Shown here in pieces: positions 1-11,774 of a stretch of DNA of 64,000 nucleotides. A program made the position numbers and the translations under genes. Where the stretch lies: the NCBI GenBank assembly GCA_965649765.1, contig OZ287755.1:23188001-23252000 (forward strand), read 5' to 3'. The notes under the pieces are model-generated. The model was not told where the DNA came from and made no database searches. It worked only from the letters and a program-made list of their open reading frames with translations. The DNA comes from Bispira polyomma. Its lineage: Eukaryota. Position 1 is the first letter of the stretch; each line of letters begins with the position of its first letter.

Positions 1-629
1 CTAATGCACTCCTTAGATTTGTTCTAACACCTTGAGTCCAAGGTCAAACTGGTGTTATCATGTTTAATAATTTTGTGTCATATCTCAAAACGTATTACTT
101 GTAAGCTACTTTCTGGTATCTCTGTATGCTTCATTAAACTTAGTGGTAAGGTTTTAAAATGTTAATTTACATCTGCTTTGCTATTAGTTTCAGAGCATTG
201 GAATGTTTTTAATGAGCTCATTTTGCCTTTTATTGTTTGCTTGCTGGTTTAATTGTAACATTTAGTTAGCTTTTCCCCAGGGTAAAACCGTCTTCTGTGT
301 TATGACTGCACCACTAAGGGCAACATATGCTTGGATTGTTGTAGCATAGGATCACTGGAGATTAAATGCAAGAAAGTTTGGTTAGATTCGATTCAGTCGT
401 ACATATCTTACATGATAAAAGCCTGGTCACACCTACACGTGCTAGAGCTACATGGGTGTGACTGTTTGAAAAAAAAAACATGGCAGAGCTCTCCGTTTCT
501 CAAGGACGTCTCCACTTATCTGTATAAGTAGCATAACATAACATAACATAACATAGACGTAAGTAGCAGTAAGTAATGATATTGTCTCCTCTTGTCTGTT
601 TTCGTGGTGAAACGTTTCACTAAGTAGCA

Positions 630-1257
630 GAACGTAGCAGTATGTAGCAGTACATTAGCTCTATGTAGTAGTAGGTAGTGATGTCCTACTAGTAAAAGTG
701 TTCAATCCCCCCCCCTCCCACCCCCCCGCCCGCTTTGTGTGCAAAAGTACCAACATCGTCACGTAATGCCACAATCAACTCCATCTTTATTAAAATGACG
801 TCCCTTTGACACAAAGCTACCATGTTTTCAGTTTATATTGCTTTGCTACATTGTGGGTTGTTAGCACATGTAGGTATGACCAGGCCATAACAGAAAAAGG
901 AGAGAGAAACCACTTGTGGCCGGTTGAATTTGCAGATCTCTTGATTTTGAGCTTTGTGATGTTGTGTTTCATGTTTGTCATGATTTATGTGTCACAAAGC
1001 TGCAGTCTACCATTTCCCCAGTAGAGCCTGGGTGCTAACACACTTTGCCTCCCACCTCTGCAGTCGTCAGTCCGAGTGTCAGCCTTAGTGTTTTTGTAGG
1101 AAAGTTGGCAGTAAATCGGTGGTTAGAAAACCTTGACCAACTACATTGTACCTTGTTTTGACTGTCTCCACCAGTTAACGAACGTAGCAGTATGTAGCAG
1201 TACATTAGCTCTATGTAGTAGTAGGTAGTGATGTCCTACTAGTAAAAGTGTTCAATC
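630..1257. repeat. Identical 78-bp direct repeat pair (630-707, 1180-1257)
   Basis: gaacgtagcagtatgtagcag...aaaagtgttcaatc occurs twice, 550 bp apart. Confidence 0.85.
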
Positions 1258-2196
1258 TATATAACCCAAAACATGTCAGAAGCAAAGTTACACCCAGGCT
1301 AAAGTCCACTATTTTACAAAGGTGTGGGAGAAGACCTAATGCTGTAGTTTAATGTTTGATAACATTCTTAGGCAAGATGTGAGCACAAGTTTGCCTAGTG
1401 GCTCTGATGACTACTTAAAATGGAGGTCCTCTGTCACTGAGTAATATCGCCAGTGGCAGATTAAAAGTCCTTGGGGACGTTGATAAATGGTCATCCTCAA
1501 GCAAGCCTCGGTGCCCACAGTGGCTGTCCATGAGGAAGCGCATTTTAAAGGACGCTGTGTTCTGTAAGTGCGCTATAACAACTGTACTATTTCATGTTCT
1601 CCAGGTATAGTGATGCCATAGAAGAGGAAGGCACTAAATACCACATATACAGACATTTCAAGATGTTACTACACAACACAGGGGTAGGTGTTTCTCTACC
1701 ATCAGTTTACTAAACCCTTCTACACTACAACCTCTCTTATCTGAACATGTGGGGAGATTTCAGTCAAATAATAGAAGGCTCATAAAAAGGAAGTGGAATT
1801 ATAGAACAAAAACAATAGGAAAATGTAAATTTGGAAGAGTAGAAAATGTGTTCAGAAACTCCAATATTTAGGCAATAAGAAGTCCAGATAAAAGAGGTTT
1901 GTATTGTACGGTAACCTTGCTGAGAACACATTAAATAAGCACCTTACAGCATGAGTTTTAATCATGTTTTTCTATATGTTTAATGAAAAAAATCTGATAT
2001 CATAAAATGACTGAATTTTATTTTAATTCCTTAAATATTTCTCAATGATTACTTCCTGTTATTAATGAGCATATACACCGAAATGACAAAATTTTCTTTT
2101 AGTTACTTTAATCTTAATTAATGGTTACTTCCTGTAATTAATGAACACAAGCACCTAAATGACGTTGTCTCATTTTATTTCCTTTAACCTGTTTTA

Positions 2197-3142
2197 TGCC
2201 GTGGTCACACTGGGCTTACGTTTTGATTATGCACAAAAAATGGCTAACGTAAGGTAAAACGTAATGAAACTTAAGCAGAATGTAGTATACCTAAGTAAAC
2301 GTAAGCATTTGGAGTAAGATGGTCCCTTGAAGTCCTTTTTTTTTAAAAAAAAAATTCGGACGGCTCGTAATTTGTTACGTTTTGGGCCGTTTCTGAAACT
2401 TTCCTAAAAAGGTTGGTGCATTTGCGGGAAACGTATGATACTTATTCAATGCGTATGGGACATGAAGGACGGAAGTAAAACAAACTATACTTCCAAGTAA
2501 TAACTAAGAATGAGGAGAACGAGAATAAAATGGGTTTACAAACGTGCCTAACATATTTTATAACATGGCTACCATATTTTTCCCCAAAAAATAAATTTCA
2601 ATATTTTTTCATGAAAATTGCAAAAAATGTGCTTTGTTAAATTGTCTATTGGGAATGATGTCTCATTTTGCCTTTTTTTTAAGCCACTCTGCTTTTTACT
2701 GGGGGAAAAAAATTAAATTCTGTGGGGTGAAAAAATTTTAAAGTACCTTTTTAAGGAATTTTTCCTTCCCAAAACAGGCTTTTTCATTGAAAACAATAGG
2801 CAAATATTTGAAAATACATACCATGTTCAAAGCTCCGTAGTTTTTGAACCAGACTTGTGTGACATAGTTTTTTTTTATGTTTTTGTTCAACATATTATTC
2901 AAGCTTTTCACAAAATTTTTTTAAAAAAAATCTGTGGGGTACAAAAAAATGGTAACGAACTACCTTAAATGGCTATTAAAACTGTGTTAAATGTGTGTAC
3001 AAATGTGTACAGAACGTGTACAAAATGTGTACAAAATGGCCCATACATTGATTTCCGCCAAATTTTTACTTTGTTTATTTCCGTTTTCTTATATTTAGGG
3101 AATTAAAAACGTAATGCGAACTTGCTCAGTGTGACCACGGCA
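2197..3142. mobile_element. Non-autonomous DNA transposon (PIF/Harbinger-type MITE)
   Basis: TIRs tgccgtggtcacactg / cagtgtgaccacggca, flanked by TTA on both sides (2194-2196, 3143-3145); no ORF. Confidence 0.8.
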
Positions 3143-4730
3143 TTAGTGATTGCTTGCTTATACACCTAAGTGACTGAATCTCATTTGAATTACTTTATTC
3201 TATCTCAGTGATTACCTGCTATGATTGATAAGCAAAAACTATTGGCTGTATATCTTTAGGTCACTAGGCAGACATGTATTACCTCTGTGGATGGACTGAA
3301 GTGTAAAGCTCTGGATATTTTTGTCATGTCTCTGAGATACCTCAAGGATCATTTACTGGCGGCCCTCACTCAGCAGACTTCTAAGTAAGTCGTGGCTCTA
3401 CAAGTATTCATTTACTAGACTAGTATGTGTAGCAATAGTTCTAGTTTGCCTTTTAAGCAATGTCTTTAGACATCTAGTATATTTTGTTGTCTTATAGATG
3501 TTGACTAACATAGATTCTGTTAAACATACAGATAGTCAACTAAAGGCCGGCTACTTATCTAAAAACAAATTTATAGTAAGGTTGCTGATATCAAAGTATC
3601 AAGTACCTGTTGACAATTGACAATGTATCAATATTTTTACAAGCAAACTACATTCACAGCTATCACGCCTTATGTCTTAGTAATACAAGGTTATGATAAG
3701 CTTATTATAACAATGTCTTAGTAAATACAGAGGTTAAATATAACAGAACATGAACGATTAACATGATCAAGTTTTGTCTTTCATCAAATATTCCATTTTA
3801 GGAACTCGTTTTCACCATCACACATTTATGTTTGACATGGTTGTTTTATACCAAAATAACTCTTCTTTTATAAACCTTGTATTGTTCAAACAAAAGGTTG
3901 GTTTTTAACATGTTTAGATAATAGAGGTTCTACTGTACTTTCCATCCACAGTGATTATGATATTACAGAACTAATAATGACAGTTTTTCATTTTACAACT
4001 AATGCCACAGTAATGTGAAAATACTGACTCTTATATTATTAATTATATGATCAGTTCTATTTGGTAAGGGTGAATGAAAAATGTGATAGTTAAATGTCCA
4101 GTGGTGTAAGGTTTCAAAGATAGTAAAACTAATGTTTGAGGACTTTATTTTCCTGTACATGTTAGTTCATATGTTTCATATATATCTATTTACAGGTAGG
4201 GTTAAAATATAGGTAAAAGAGAGGTTTTTAAAATACATATCCTCAATTTTAAAAGGACCCAGCACAAGTGTGCAACAAGTCAAAAGACTACAAATAATAA
4301 CAGTATAATTAAGAACCAATTAACTGAAAGACTAGAATAAACAAGTCAAAATTAAAGAAATAGTACCCTATTACCATTTCTAATAAACGCTAAGACTAAA
4401 CATTGTCACAGTCCATAAATTCAAGTTCATATGATAGTTCTATTACTTTTATCATGAAATAATAAACACCATAGTCATAATGTTACATTCAGCGACGTCA
4501 ACTTTCCAATCAACAAATGTGTTTGGTAAACCAAATATTGAACAACCATAGCCTACTATTTATGCATAATGAAAGCAATTTTAAAGAAAGTTTTATACTC
4601 TCACACTCTATATGCATCAACCGACCTCAATTCTACCATAGTAAACTTTTGTTTACATAAATGTGGCTAAAACAGCATAAACAATGGATTCGCCATACCT
4701 TATGACTAACTATTACCATCTCAACGAAAA

Positions 4731-4888
4731 CCACCTCCTAGGTTAGAACCCAGGTACTACGGCACCTAGTTGCCTAGCAATAAAGGTTCCCAACTGCAGA
4801 GCTTTAATCCCCGGTAGCCCACACCAGGTGGTAGTTGCAAGCTGGGAACCAGTACCACACGGACCAGGGTTCGAATCCATGGAGGTGG
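4731..4888 (-). ncRNA. Putative conserved structured RNA element in the A2-B2 spacer of E1
   Basis: Nested inverted repeats; gap-free match to 26394-26540 (19 differences in 147 nt by eye); GU/GC swaps and a GNRA loop on the element sense strand. Confidence 0.6.
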
Positions 4889-5538
4889 CACGTAAGTTAC
4901 CTAGGTAAAGCTTATCATGGAAATCAGTTTCAGGAAAATGGCTAAGCCTAATGTTGCATAAGTGTAAATGAAATCAACAATCATTATATTTGTAAACAAG
5001 ATTGGCCTAAAACCTTTATAGTGCCAACTTTGTGTAACAACATTTACTATAATGACCTAGATAGGCCCTAAAATTTTAATTAAATAAAGCTGTGGTAAAG
5101 GGGAGGGGGTGGGAAATTGTTCGTGTTGTCAGTTGAAGTTTCCTTTTCAAAATGGAAGAATGACCACACATAAATTAGCCTGCTTGCTGTAGCATCATTT
5201 CTGATTGGTCGAGAGATTATGAAGTTAGAGGACAGTAGTATACTGGTTAATCGCCAGGGGTTAAGGTATATGCTTTACTATTGAACTGAACTAGCAGACC
5301 CCTGTTGGGTCGTGCTCTGCACAGTTCTATTTGGTAAAGGTGAATGAAAAATGTGATAGTTAAATGTCCAGTGGTGTAAGGTTTCAAAGATAGTAAAACT
5401 AATGTTTGAGGACTTTATTTTCCTGTACATGTTAGTTCATATGTTTCATATATATCTATTTACAGGTAGGGTTAAAATATAGGTAAAAGAGAGGTTTTTA
5501 AAATACATATCCTCAATTTTAAAAGGACCCAAGCTAAA

Positions 5539-6515
5539 CTAAGAAAAGGAGGGAATAGAAGAAGCAAAAGTGAGTGGGATTGCAGAAATAGCTTGAGAAT
5601 TTTTGTGTAAATAAGACCACACGGCTGATGATCTCCATAGGCCGTGGGCCATTATGTTCTGTAATGAGACGTTGTTATTAAACGCGTATGTAGCCCCTGA
5701 CCTTCTAAAGGTATGAAAACTGTGTGATTCTAATGGAATGCCTATGTGTTGTAATACTGCAGCTAAAGCAGATCTAACGTGTGACTCAATAATCACATAA
5801 TGTGGTTGCTGTATGTTAACAAAAAGAGGTTTATGTTCCTCCAGTGGCCTGGATGACATTAACTCCTGAAGTGCCTTAACTGGACATAAAATGGAATTCT
5901 CAAGGAGAGGTACCTGTATGATATGTGTGTCTGTTCTGTTTTGGAGATTTTTGGCCCACTTAAGGATTACATGTGCCCCCGGATAACCAAATACTACATC
6001 TTTCCTCAGAAAATGGCGGGTTGGATCAAACTTTGCTCTGGAATGGGGGGCTATGTTGGAAATTCGCAAAAACCCGAAAAATGCTAACAGAAAAATAGCT
6101 CTGAACAAAGGAGGGTCATGCAAAATTTTACAAGCCTTTGAAATGAGGAAAATGTGATGTATTTCAAAGATTCCCTTGGGTTTGGGTCTAAAACCTGAAG
6201 TATGAGCCAAGCTCCTTGTGAACATTGAGACTATGTTGTTCTCAAATATGCTTAAATCAAAATATAGTTTCTTAGCCATATGTTTTATGGCAGCAATGTA
6301 GTTGTTTATCATGCTTGGTGAAGAACCGTTCTGAACAAGGTATTCAAGAAACGCTATGAATGCATGAGTATTCATTGTTTGTATTCCTGCGTAACACATG
6401 AATGATGTAAATGTTCTGAATTGATTATTGTAGGTAGCTGTAGTGTTGGGCCTTAATGCAGAATCTATTCTTCTCCAGGCTGAGTTGGTGAAGTTCTGTG
6501 TGCAGTGGTTTGCAC
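5539..6515 (-). CDS. E1 tyrosine recombinase (YR)
   Basis: FLRISN, LKWAK, HTFRR, HGLW and WSYL give the R-K-HxxR-H-Y catalytic set. The frame is open upstream of the track's 6399 start as far as a TTTCAG acceptor ending at 6516. Confidence 0.9.
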
Positions 6516-6521
6516 CTGAAA

Positions 6522-9206
6522 TTATATATCAAGGTCCAAATTAAAGTACTGTATTGGTATATTGTGCCAGTTACAATTATCCTTAAGAATATTGAACTGT
6601 TCCTCATGTGGGCGTTGGTCTGAAAACAATCTCGACAGCAAGTCAGCAATAATATTTTCCTTACCCCTAATATGTTGAATTTCAATAGTTATGTCATATA
6701 TCGCTGACAATAACCAAATATTTCTAAGACATAATGCCAAAAATTTATCCTTAGTTTTATTAGACCTTACTACCAGGACAACAGCCATATTATCACATTG
6801 CATTATGATTTTATTATGTCTCCATTGCTCACCCCAAACACGCAAAGCTATAAGTATATTCAACATTTCTATATGTACTATGGATAATGGTTGTCCATAT
6901 ATATTAAATAATGGAGTAGCATATACTTGCTTACCACATACTGCTCCTAAGCCTGTAAGGCATGCATCAATGAAAACTTGGTTGCCATAAGTATCAGTGA
7001 CCGGAGTAATGTAATTTATGCCGTTGTAGCTATATAGAAACTTAACTAACCAAGAAAGGTCAGCCTTAATTTCTTGCGTGATCTTTATCCGTTTCGCCTG
7101 GCTGTTACCTCGGAATGCGATTAGTAACCTATTTATAAAAATGCGTGCCGGTTTGACGCATTTATGTATATATAAAAGTTTACCTAGTACCGATTGATAT
7201 TTCGAACGGGAGACCCATTTCTTGTCGCGTACTTCTAGACACAAGTTATAAGTTTCCTGAAGCTTCTCTGTAGTGATACTTATGGTGTTGTCATCTATGT
7301 TTATATCTATTCCTAAACAAGTAATTGTAGAACTAGATTTACTAATTTTTCCCGGGTTGAGAGGTAAACCAAGAGAGGTGACTAATCCATGCAGTTCTTT
7401 AAATGCTTCATCCGCTTCCGTTTTAGTAGAGACTCCAACGTAATCGTCGATATAACAGAATATGGTGTGATTACGTTTGGCCATGGTATAAGCGACCACG
7501 TCAGAACAGCGCTGAAAAGCTGCGGAGCCGTGGACCCAGCCGAACGCAACCGCAGGATCGATATATTTTTTATCTTTAAAGCAAATTCCTAGTTTGACAG
7601 CGTCAACTGGGTCAACTCTCAAATTTCGAAATGCACGCGCAACGTCCAGTTTAAAGATCTTGGGATTAATGGTATTATGAATCTTTTGTATTATATCATC
7701 AATGGTAGGAAATCTAAGGACAAAATCGACTCCATCGAATTTTTCCCTGTCTACATTATCATTAAGGGAAGCGCCCTTAGGGTGAGACAAATTGAGTATG
7801 ACGCGCCTTTTAGTATTGTCCTTGGGTCTGGTGAGCAATGGAGAACTATGAAATAAGTCGTTATTGATGTCCACAATGGGCCCCAACATTGCACCACATT
7901 GCTTTTCTTTCTCTAAATATTGTGTGATTGCTGAAGTATGTTGAAGGGCAGAGTGGTGATTAGTAACTTCCTTAATTTTAAGTATGTCAGGGTTTGTTAA
8001 TGACAAAGGGAAACCAAATTTCAAATACTGGATGAGAAGTTCGTCTGGGTAGTCCTGTAGTATCTGTTCCCAAACTTCAATATTCAAACCAGAGTTGATA
8101 GGAAATCGTGCCATTCTATAGTTTGGGTAACCCGTGTCCTTAATTATCCTAGCTAAGTCTAACATTTGTTGTGGTGAGGTTATGTGAATGGGAGCCCTAT
8201 CGGGTCCTTGAAATTTAAATTTTGTTTCTGACAATGCCAAGAAACCCTTAGTTTTTCCTGGTAAATTAAAGTCCTTACTTATTTTTAACACCTTAGTGTC
8301 TGAAATATTGTCTAGTAACCTTAGTTCTGGAGAAGAAGCGGACGTGTATACTCTACCTTCTGCACAGGATTTAACTGTACTGACCTTACTAGGTCCCGTT
8401 TGCATTCGCAGTGATACTTTATTATCACTGTCTTCATATAACATTTTATCTATTATCTCAGTTACATATTCAGTATAATTCATATTAAAATGTTCTTTAT
8501 AATAAATGTCTTTTTGAAAATTTTTATATGCATTATCAGCATCATGTCTGCAATGGGCTACCGTAGCCTTGTTTTGACATTTTTCTTCTAACTGGGCAAC
8601 AAGAGTGATATCTCTGTAACTAGTTTCCATGACCACAATTTCGCCTACTGGCTTGTCTAAACATCGATAGTAATGTCCATACTGACCTATAAATCCATTT
8701 CCCATGACATAAAAACCTGACAATTTATTTTCACTGCTCTGAAGAAATAGGACAGGCAAACCTCCCTGATAGTTTGGAACTAAATATAACCAGTTAGTTA
8801 CAGAAATTAACACTCTCATATATGCACCATTGCATGTCTGCAATGGGCTACCGTAGCCTGTGCTGCCCGTAACACATGTGTCCACGATATGACTTGTCTT
8901 TATATTTTCCCTTCCCCAAATTGGGGAATTATCATTGACACAAATGTTGTTATTATTATTAGAGTAAAAGCTGCCTGTATACTCACTATTTACCTGTGAA
9001 TTGTCCCAATCCATCAATGATTGTTCACCTATCCCCAATTGTTTGCCAACTGGTATATTATATGTATTATCAGTGCAGCTATTACTGACATTAAAAGTGG
9101 TATCTTTAATCGATGTGTCAGTATCACATTCTTTAAAGCCCTGTACTGGGTGTTGATATATACTATGTGGCAGAATGCCCATGTTACCGTTCGTGACCTC
9201 ACCCAT
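6522..9206 (-). CDS. E1 pol: reverse transcriptase + RNase H
   Basis: 894-aa ORF with KLDVARAFRNL, FGW, YIDD, TCLGI, and RNase H motifs IDAC, EM, CDN, HIRGKENIIADLLSR. Confidence 0.92.
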   Translation of the reverse strand: MGEVTNGNMGILPHSIYQHPVQGFKECDTDTSIKDTTFNVSNSCTDNTYNIPVGKQLGIGEQSLMDWDNSQVNSEYTGSFYSNNNNNICVNDNSPIWGRENIKTSHIVDTCVTGSTGYGSPLQTCNGAYMRVLISVTNWLYLVPNYQGGLPVLFLQSSENKLSGFYVMGNGFIGQYGHYYRCLDKPVGEIVVMETSYRDITLVAQLEEKCQNKATVAHCRHDADNAYKNFQKDIYYKEHFNMNYTEYVTEIIDKMLYEDSDNKVSLRMQTGPSKVSTVKSCAEGRVYTSASSPELRLLDNISDTKVLKISKDFNLPGKTKGFLALSETKFKFQGPDRAPIHITSPQQMLDLARIIKDTGYPNYRMARFPINSGLNIEVWEQILQDYPDELLIQYLKFGFPLSLTNPDILKIKEVTNHHSALQHTSAITQYLEKEKQCGAMLGPIVDINNDLFHSSPLLTRPKDNTKRRVILNLSHPKGASLNDNVDREKFDGVDFVLRFPTIDDIIQKIHNTINPKIFKLDVARAFRNLRVDPVDAVKLGICFKDKKYIDPAVAFGWVHGSAAFQRCSDVVAYTMAKRNHTIFCYIDDYVGVSTKTEADEAFKELHGLVTSLGLPLNPGKISKSSSTITCLGIDINIDDNTISITTEKLQETYNLCLEVRDKKWVSRSKYQSVLGKLLYIHKCVKPARIFINRLLIAFRGNSQAKRIKITQEIKADLSWLVKFLYSYNGINYITPVTDTYGNQVFIDACLTGLGAVCGKQVYATPLFNIYGQPLSIVHIEMLNILIALRVWGEQWRHNKIIMQCDNMAVVLVVRSNKTKDKFLALCLRNIWLLSAIYDITIEIQHIRGKENIIADLLSRLFSDQRPHEEQFNILKDNCNWHNIPIQYFNLDLDI

Positions 9207-9473
9207 ATAGGGATTCTAGAAATCTAATTGTTCATTACTACATATAGTTTCACTCACGTGTTTGTTATTGTAAGTGGAATCAATATTATTCAACCTTAAA
9301 CTTTCATTCAAAAATCTGTGAATGTTTCTACTTCTTTCAAAACTATTCACCTGATTAATACTAGGTGACTTAACTGATTTAAAACTGTTTATTAATGTTT
9401 TACTTTTCTTATTAGCTATTTTACTTTTATTACTTCCACTGTCTGCCCTACTACCTGGTAGTTGGTCAACGTC

Positions 9474-10724
9474 CTATTGATTTCCTTTAGGTGCAGAATC
9501 CGTTTGCTTAGCCGAGTTGGATCTATAGCATTTGAAGTCTGGGTGATACATATCTTTGTGGAGTACTGTGGCGCAATGCCAACATACGTGTTTAAATCTG
9601 TCATGGTCGGCCTTATGTACACACTTGCCGGAATTATACAGCTTGCAGATAGTTTTTGCGCCGTTCTGGTTTGAAGACGGTGTGAGTGTAAATCCAGATC
9701 CCTTTGAGTTTAACATAGCAAGTTGTGAAGCGCTTAGGCGATTCAACGCCCACTGGGTCGTATCGCCCCATGCGAGTCGCCCTTCCTCAACCTCCGTCAT
9801 ATTCAGAGCCCAGGCTGTCCTCACAACGTCCCATGGGAGGGACGCCGCATCTCGTAACGCTAGTACTACCTGTTGTATGACTTCACGTGAAATTATGGGG
9901 TCAGAGATTTGTAAAGCGTTGGCCAGCTGGCCGGATGCCCACTGTGGGAGGGATAGTTCATCAAAGAGTGGTCATTTTTTCGCCGATCCGCCCGTCCAAC
10001 CCTCGTTGGCCCATCTAAGTTTCGGATTGTTGGTCGGTATGTCTGTACCGTTAAAGCGACCCGATTTCTGTCGTGGGGTCTTACCTTGAGCAAAGTTCGC
10101 TTATGCTTGTAGACTGTATTCTGCTAGGCGCTGATTAACCATTGCCTGAACGTCTGGCATGGATTTCAACACATCGGGTTGAGGCACGATCCCCTCCTTA
10201 GCATAGTCATTGCCCAGAAGTAAAGTTGGAGCTGTCTTCGTGTGAGGAACTGTAGCCATCGGCGCTGCAGGCATCGTAGCGTAATCAGTGGTAGGAAGCA
10301 AAGTAGGAGCTGGCTGTAAGAGTGGAACTGTAACAATCGGCACTGTAGCGGCCTGCTTAACACGAGGTGGGAGTAGTGTCGGTGATGCAGAACTCGGAGT
10401 GTCCTTGGACTCAACTCTGTCTAAGCGTTGTGAAAGTACAGCGTTTGATTGTTCTAACCTTCCTAAAATTGCCAACATTTCCCCATTATCTGTGCCGCCA
10501 CGTGGTAGATGATTCATGGAATGGTGGCCGAAATTTTGAAGACACTGAGGCATAATAATGGGTGAGTTTTCCGAGCCGGCCTGGTCAAATGGACTGGCTA
10601 GATCTGTAACGAGCTGGTCATATGCTACCTGACTACCTTTCTTTGTAGAATTCGTCTTCTTGGTAGGCTGTCTTGCTTTGGTCTGTTTTACCGCTGATGC
10701 AGACGTTTTCTTTGTTCTACCCAT
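9474..10724 (-). pseudogene. E1 gag-like ORF1 with one in-frame stop
   Basis: ORFs 10101-10724 and 9474-9824 share a frame, separated by a single TAA at 10101-10103. C-terminal Cys/His cluster CKLYNSGKC..H..HVCWHC..H..C; homologous to the E3 gag. Confidence 0.82.
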
Positions 10725-11470
10725 TCGTAATTCACAGGCATATACAACACTTTTTAATAACTATAATGTAAAAACAAACAAAATATAAAAAACTAAAATG
10801 TTAAAATTAAGGAACTTCAACTTTATCATGTATAATAGCAAAATCAAATTCAAATTGTTCGTGTTGTCAGTTGAAGTTTCCTTTTCAAAATGGAAGAATG
10901 ACCACACATAAATTAGCCTGCTTGCTGTAGCATCATTTCTGATTGGTCGAGAGATTATGAAGTTAGAGGACAGTAGTATATTGGTTAATCGCCAGGGGTT
11001 AAGGTATATGCTTTACTATTGAACTGAACTAGCAGACCCCTGTTGGGTCGTGCTCTGCATTATTATTAAAATATAATGTTTTTATCCTTCACATATTGCA
11101 GCTGTAATATTTGTCCTAGCAAATGCTTGGATACATTAACAATGGTGAGTGTTTTGTCAGACATCTACGGGACCTTACATACACTTTTATACATGTTTCT
11201 TGTTTTGCATGGTCACAGTACTTGTATTTTAGGATTTATTTGAAATTGTTTGTTATTCTGAGGAAGGACTAACGCTCCGAAAGCTCAATAAAGTTTATAT
11301 GTATAAACGCTCTCGTGTTTAACTATGTTTTTAACCAAACATTTTATACTTACATACACTAGACAGTTTGTTTTTTTGATAGCCCCACTGCTAGACTGAT
11401 CAAGTGGATCATCACAGTACCGGCTATATGGGGAGATAATGCCAAGCAATTCATGAGAGAGGCAGCCCTT

Positions 11471-11764
11471 CAGGTAATGGTAAAACAGGGATGATTTAGG
11501 TAATGCTAAAACAGGTCACATTTAGGCAATGCTAAAACAGATCACATTTAGATAATGTTAAAAACATGTCACATTTAGGTAATGGTAAAAGGAGGTTGCC
11601 ATTAGCTAATGTAATAGTAAAACAAGTCACATTTAGGTAATGGTTAAAACAGGTCACATCTAGGTAATGGTAAAAGCATGTTACATTTAGGTAATGGTAA
11701 AAACAGGTCACATTTAGGTAATGGTAAAAACAGGTCACATTTAGGTAATGGTAATACAAGTCAC
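11471..11764. repeat. ~29-30-bp minisatellite starting at an HSPA12 splice donor
   Basis: About 10 copies of aggtaatggtaaaacaggtcacattt; the first copy is the exon/intron boundary at 11473/11474. Confidence 0.85.
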
Positions 11765-11774
11765 TTCTTTACTT

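Larger units (their letters stand above)
4052..11059 (-). mobile_element. Tyrosine-recombinase retrotransposon E1 (DIRS order, Ngaro-like), near-intact, inside an HSPA12 intron
   Basis: Split direct repeats A1 10852-11059, B1 5322-5531, A2 5114-5321, B2 4052-4261, each pair almost identical. ORFs are gag, RT/RNaseH and YR; no methyltransferase domain is visible. Confidence 0.93.

Noticed and set aside
4785-4850. Twister or hammerhead ribozyme in the spacer RNA (gcagag..taa..gttgcaagc)
   Set aside because: The twister P2 pairing could not be formed and there is no CUGANGA/GAAA core; the wobble pattern favours the opposite strand.
4733-4879. Small conserved peptide as the explanation for E1/E3 similarity
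   Set aside because: Differences are not concentrated at third positions and several frames contain stops; changes track base pairing instead.
4052-11059. LTR retrotransposon, or prophage integrase
   Set aside because: The repeats are split (A1..B1A2..B2), there is no DDE integrase or protease, and the YR is linked to RT/RNase H.
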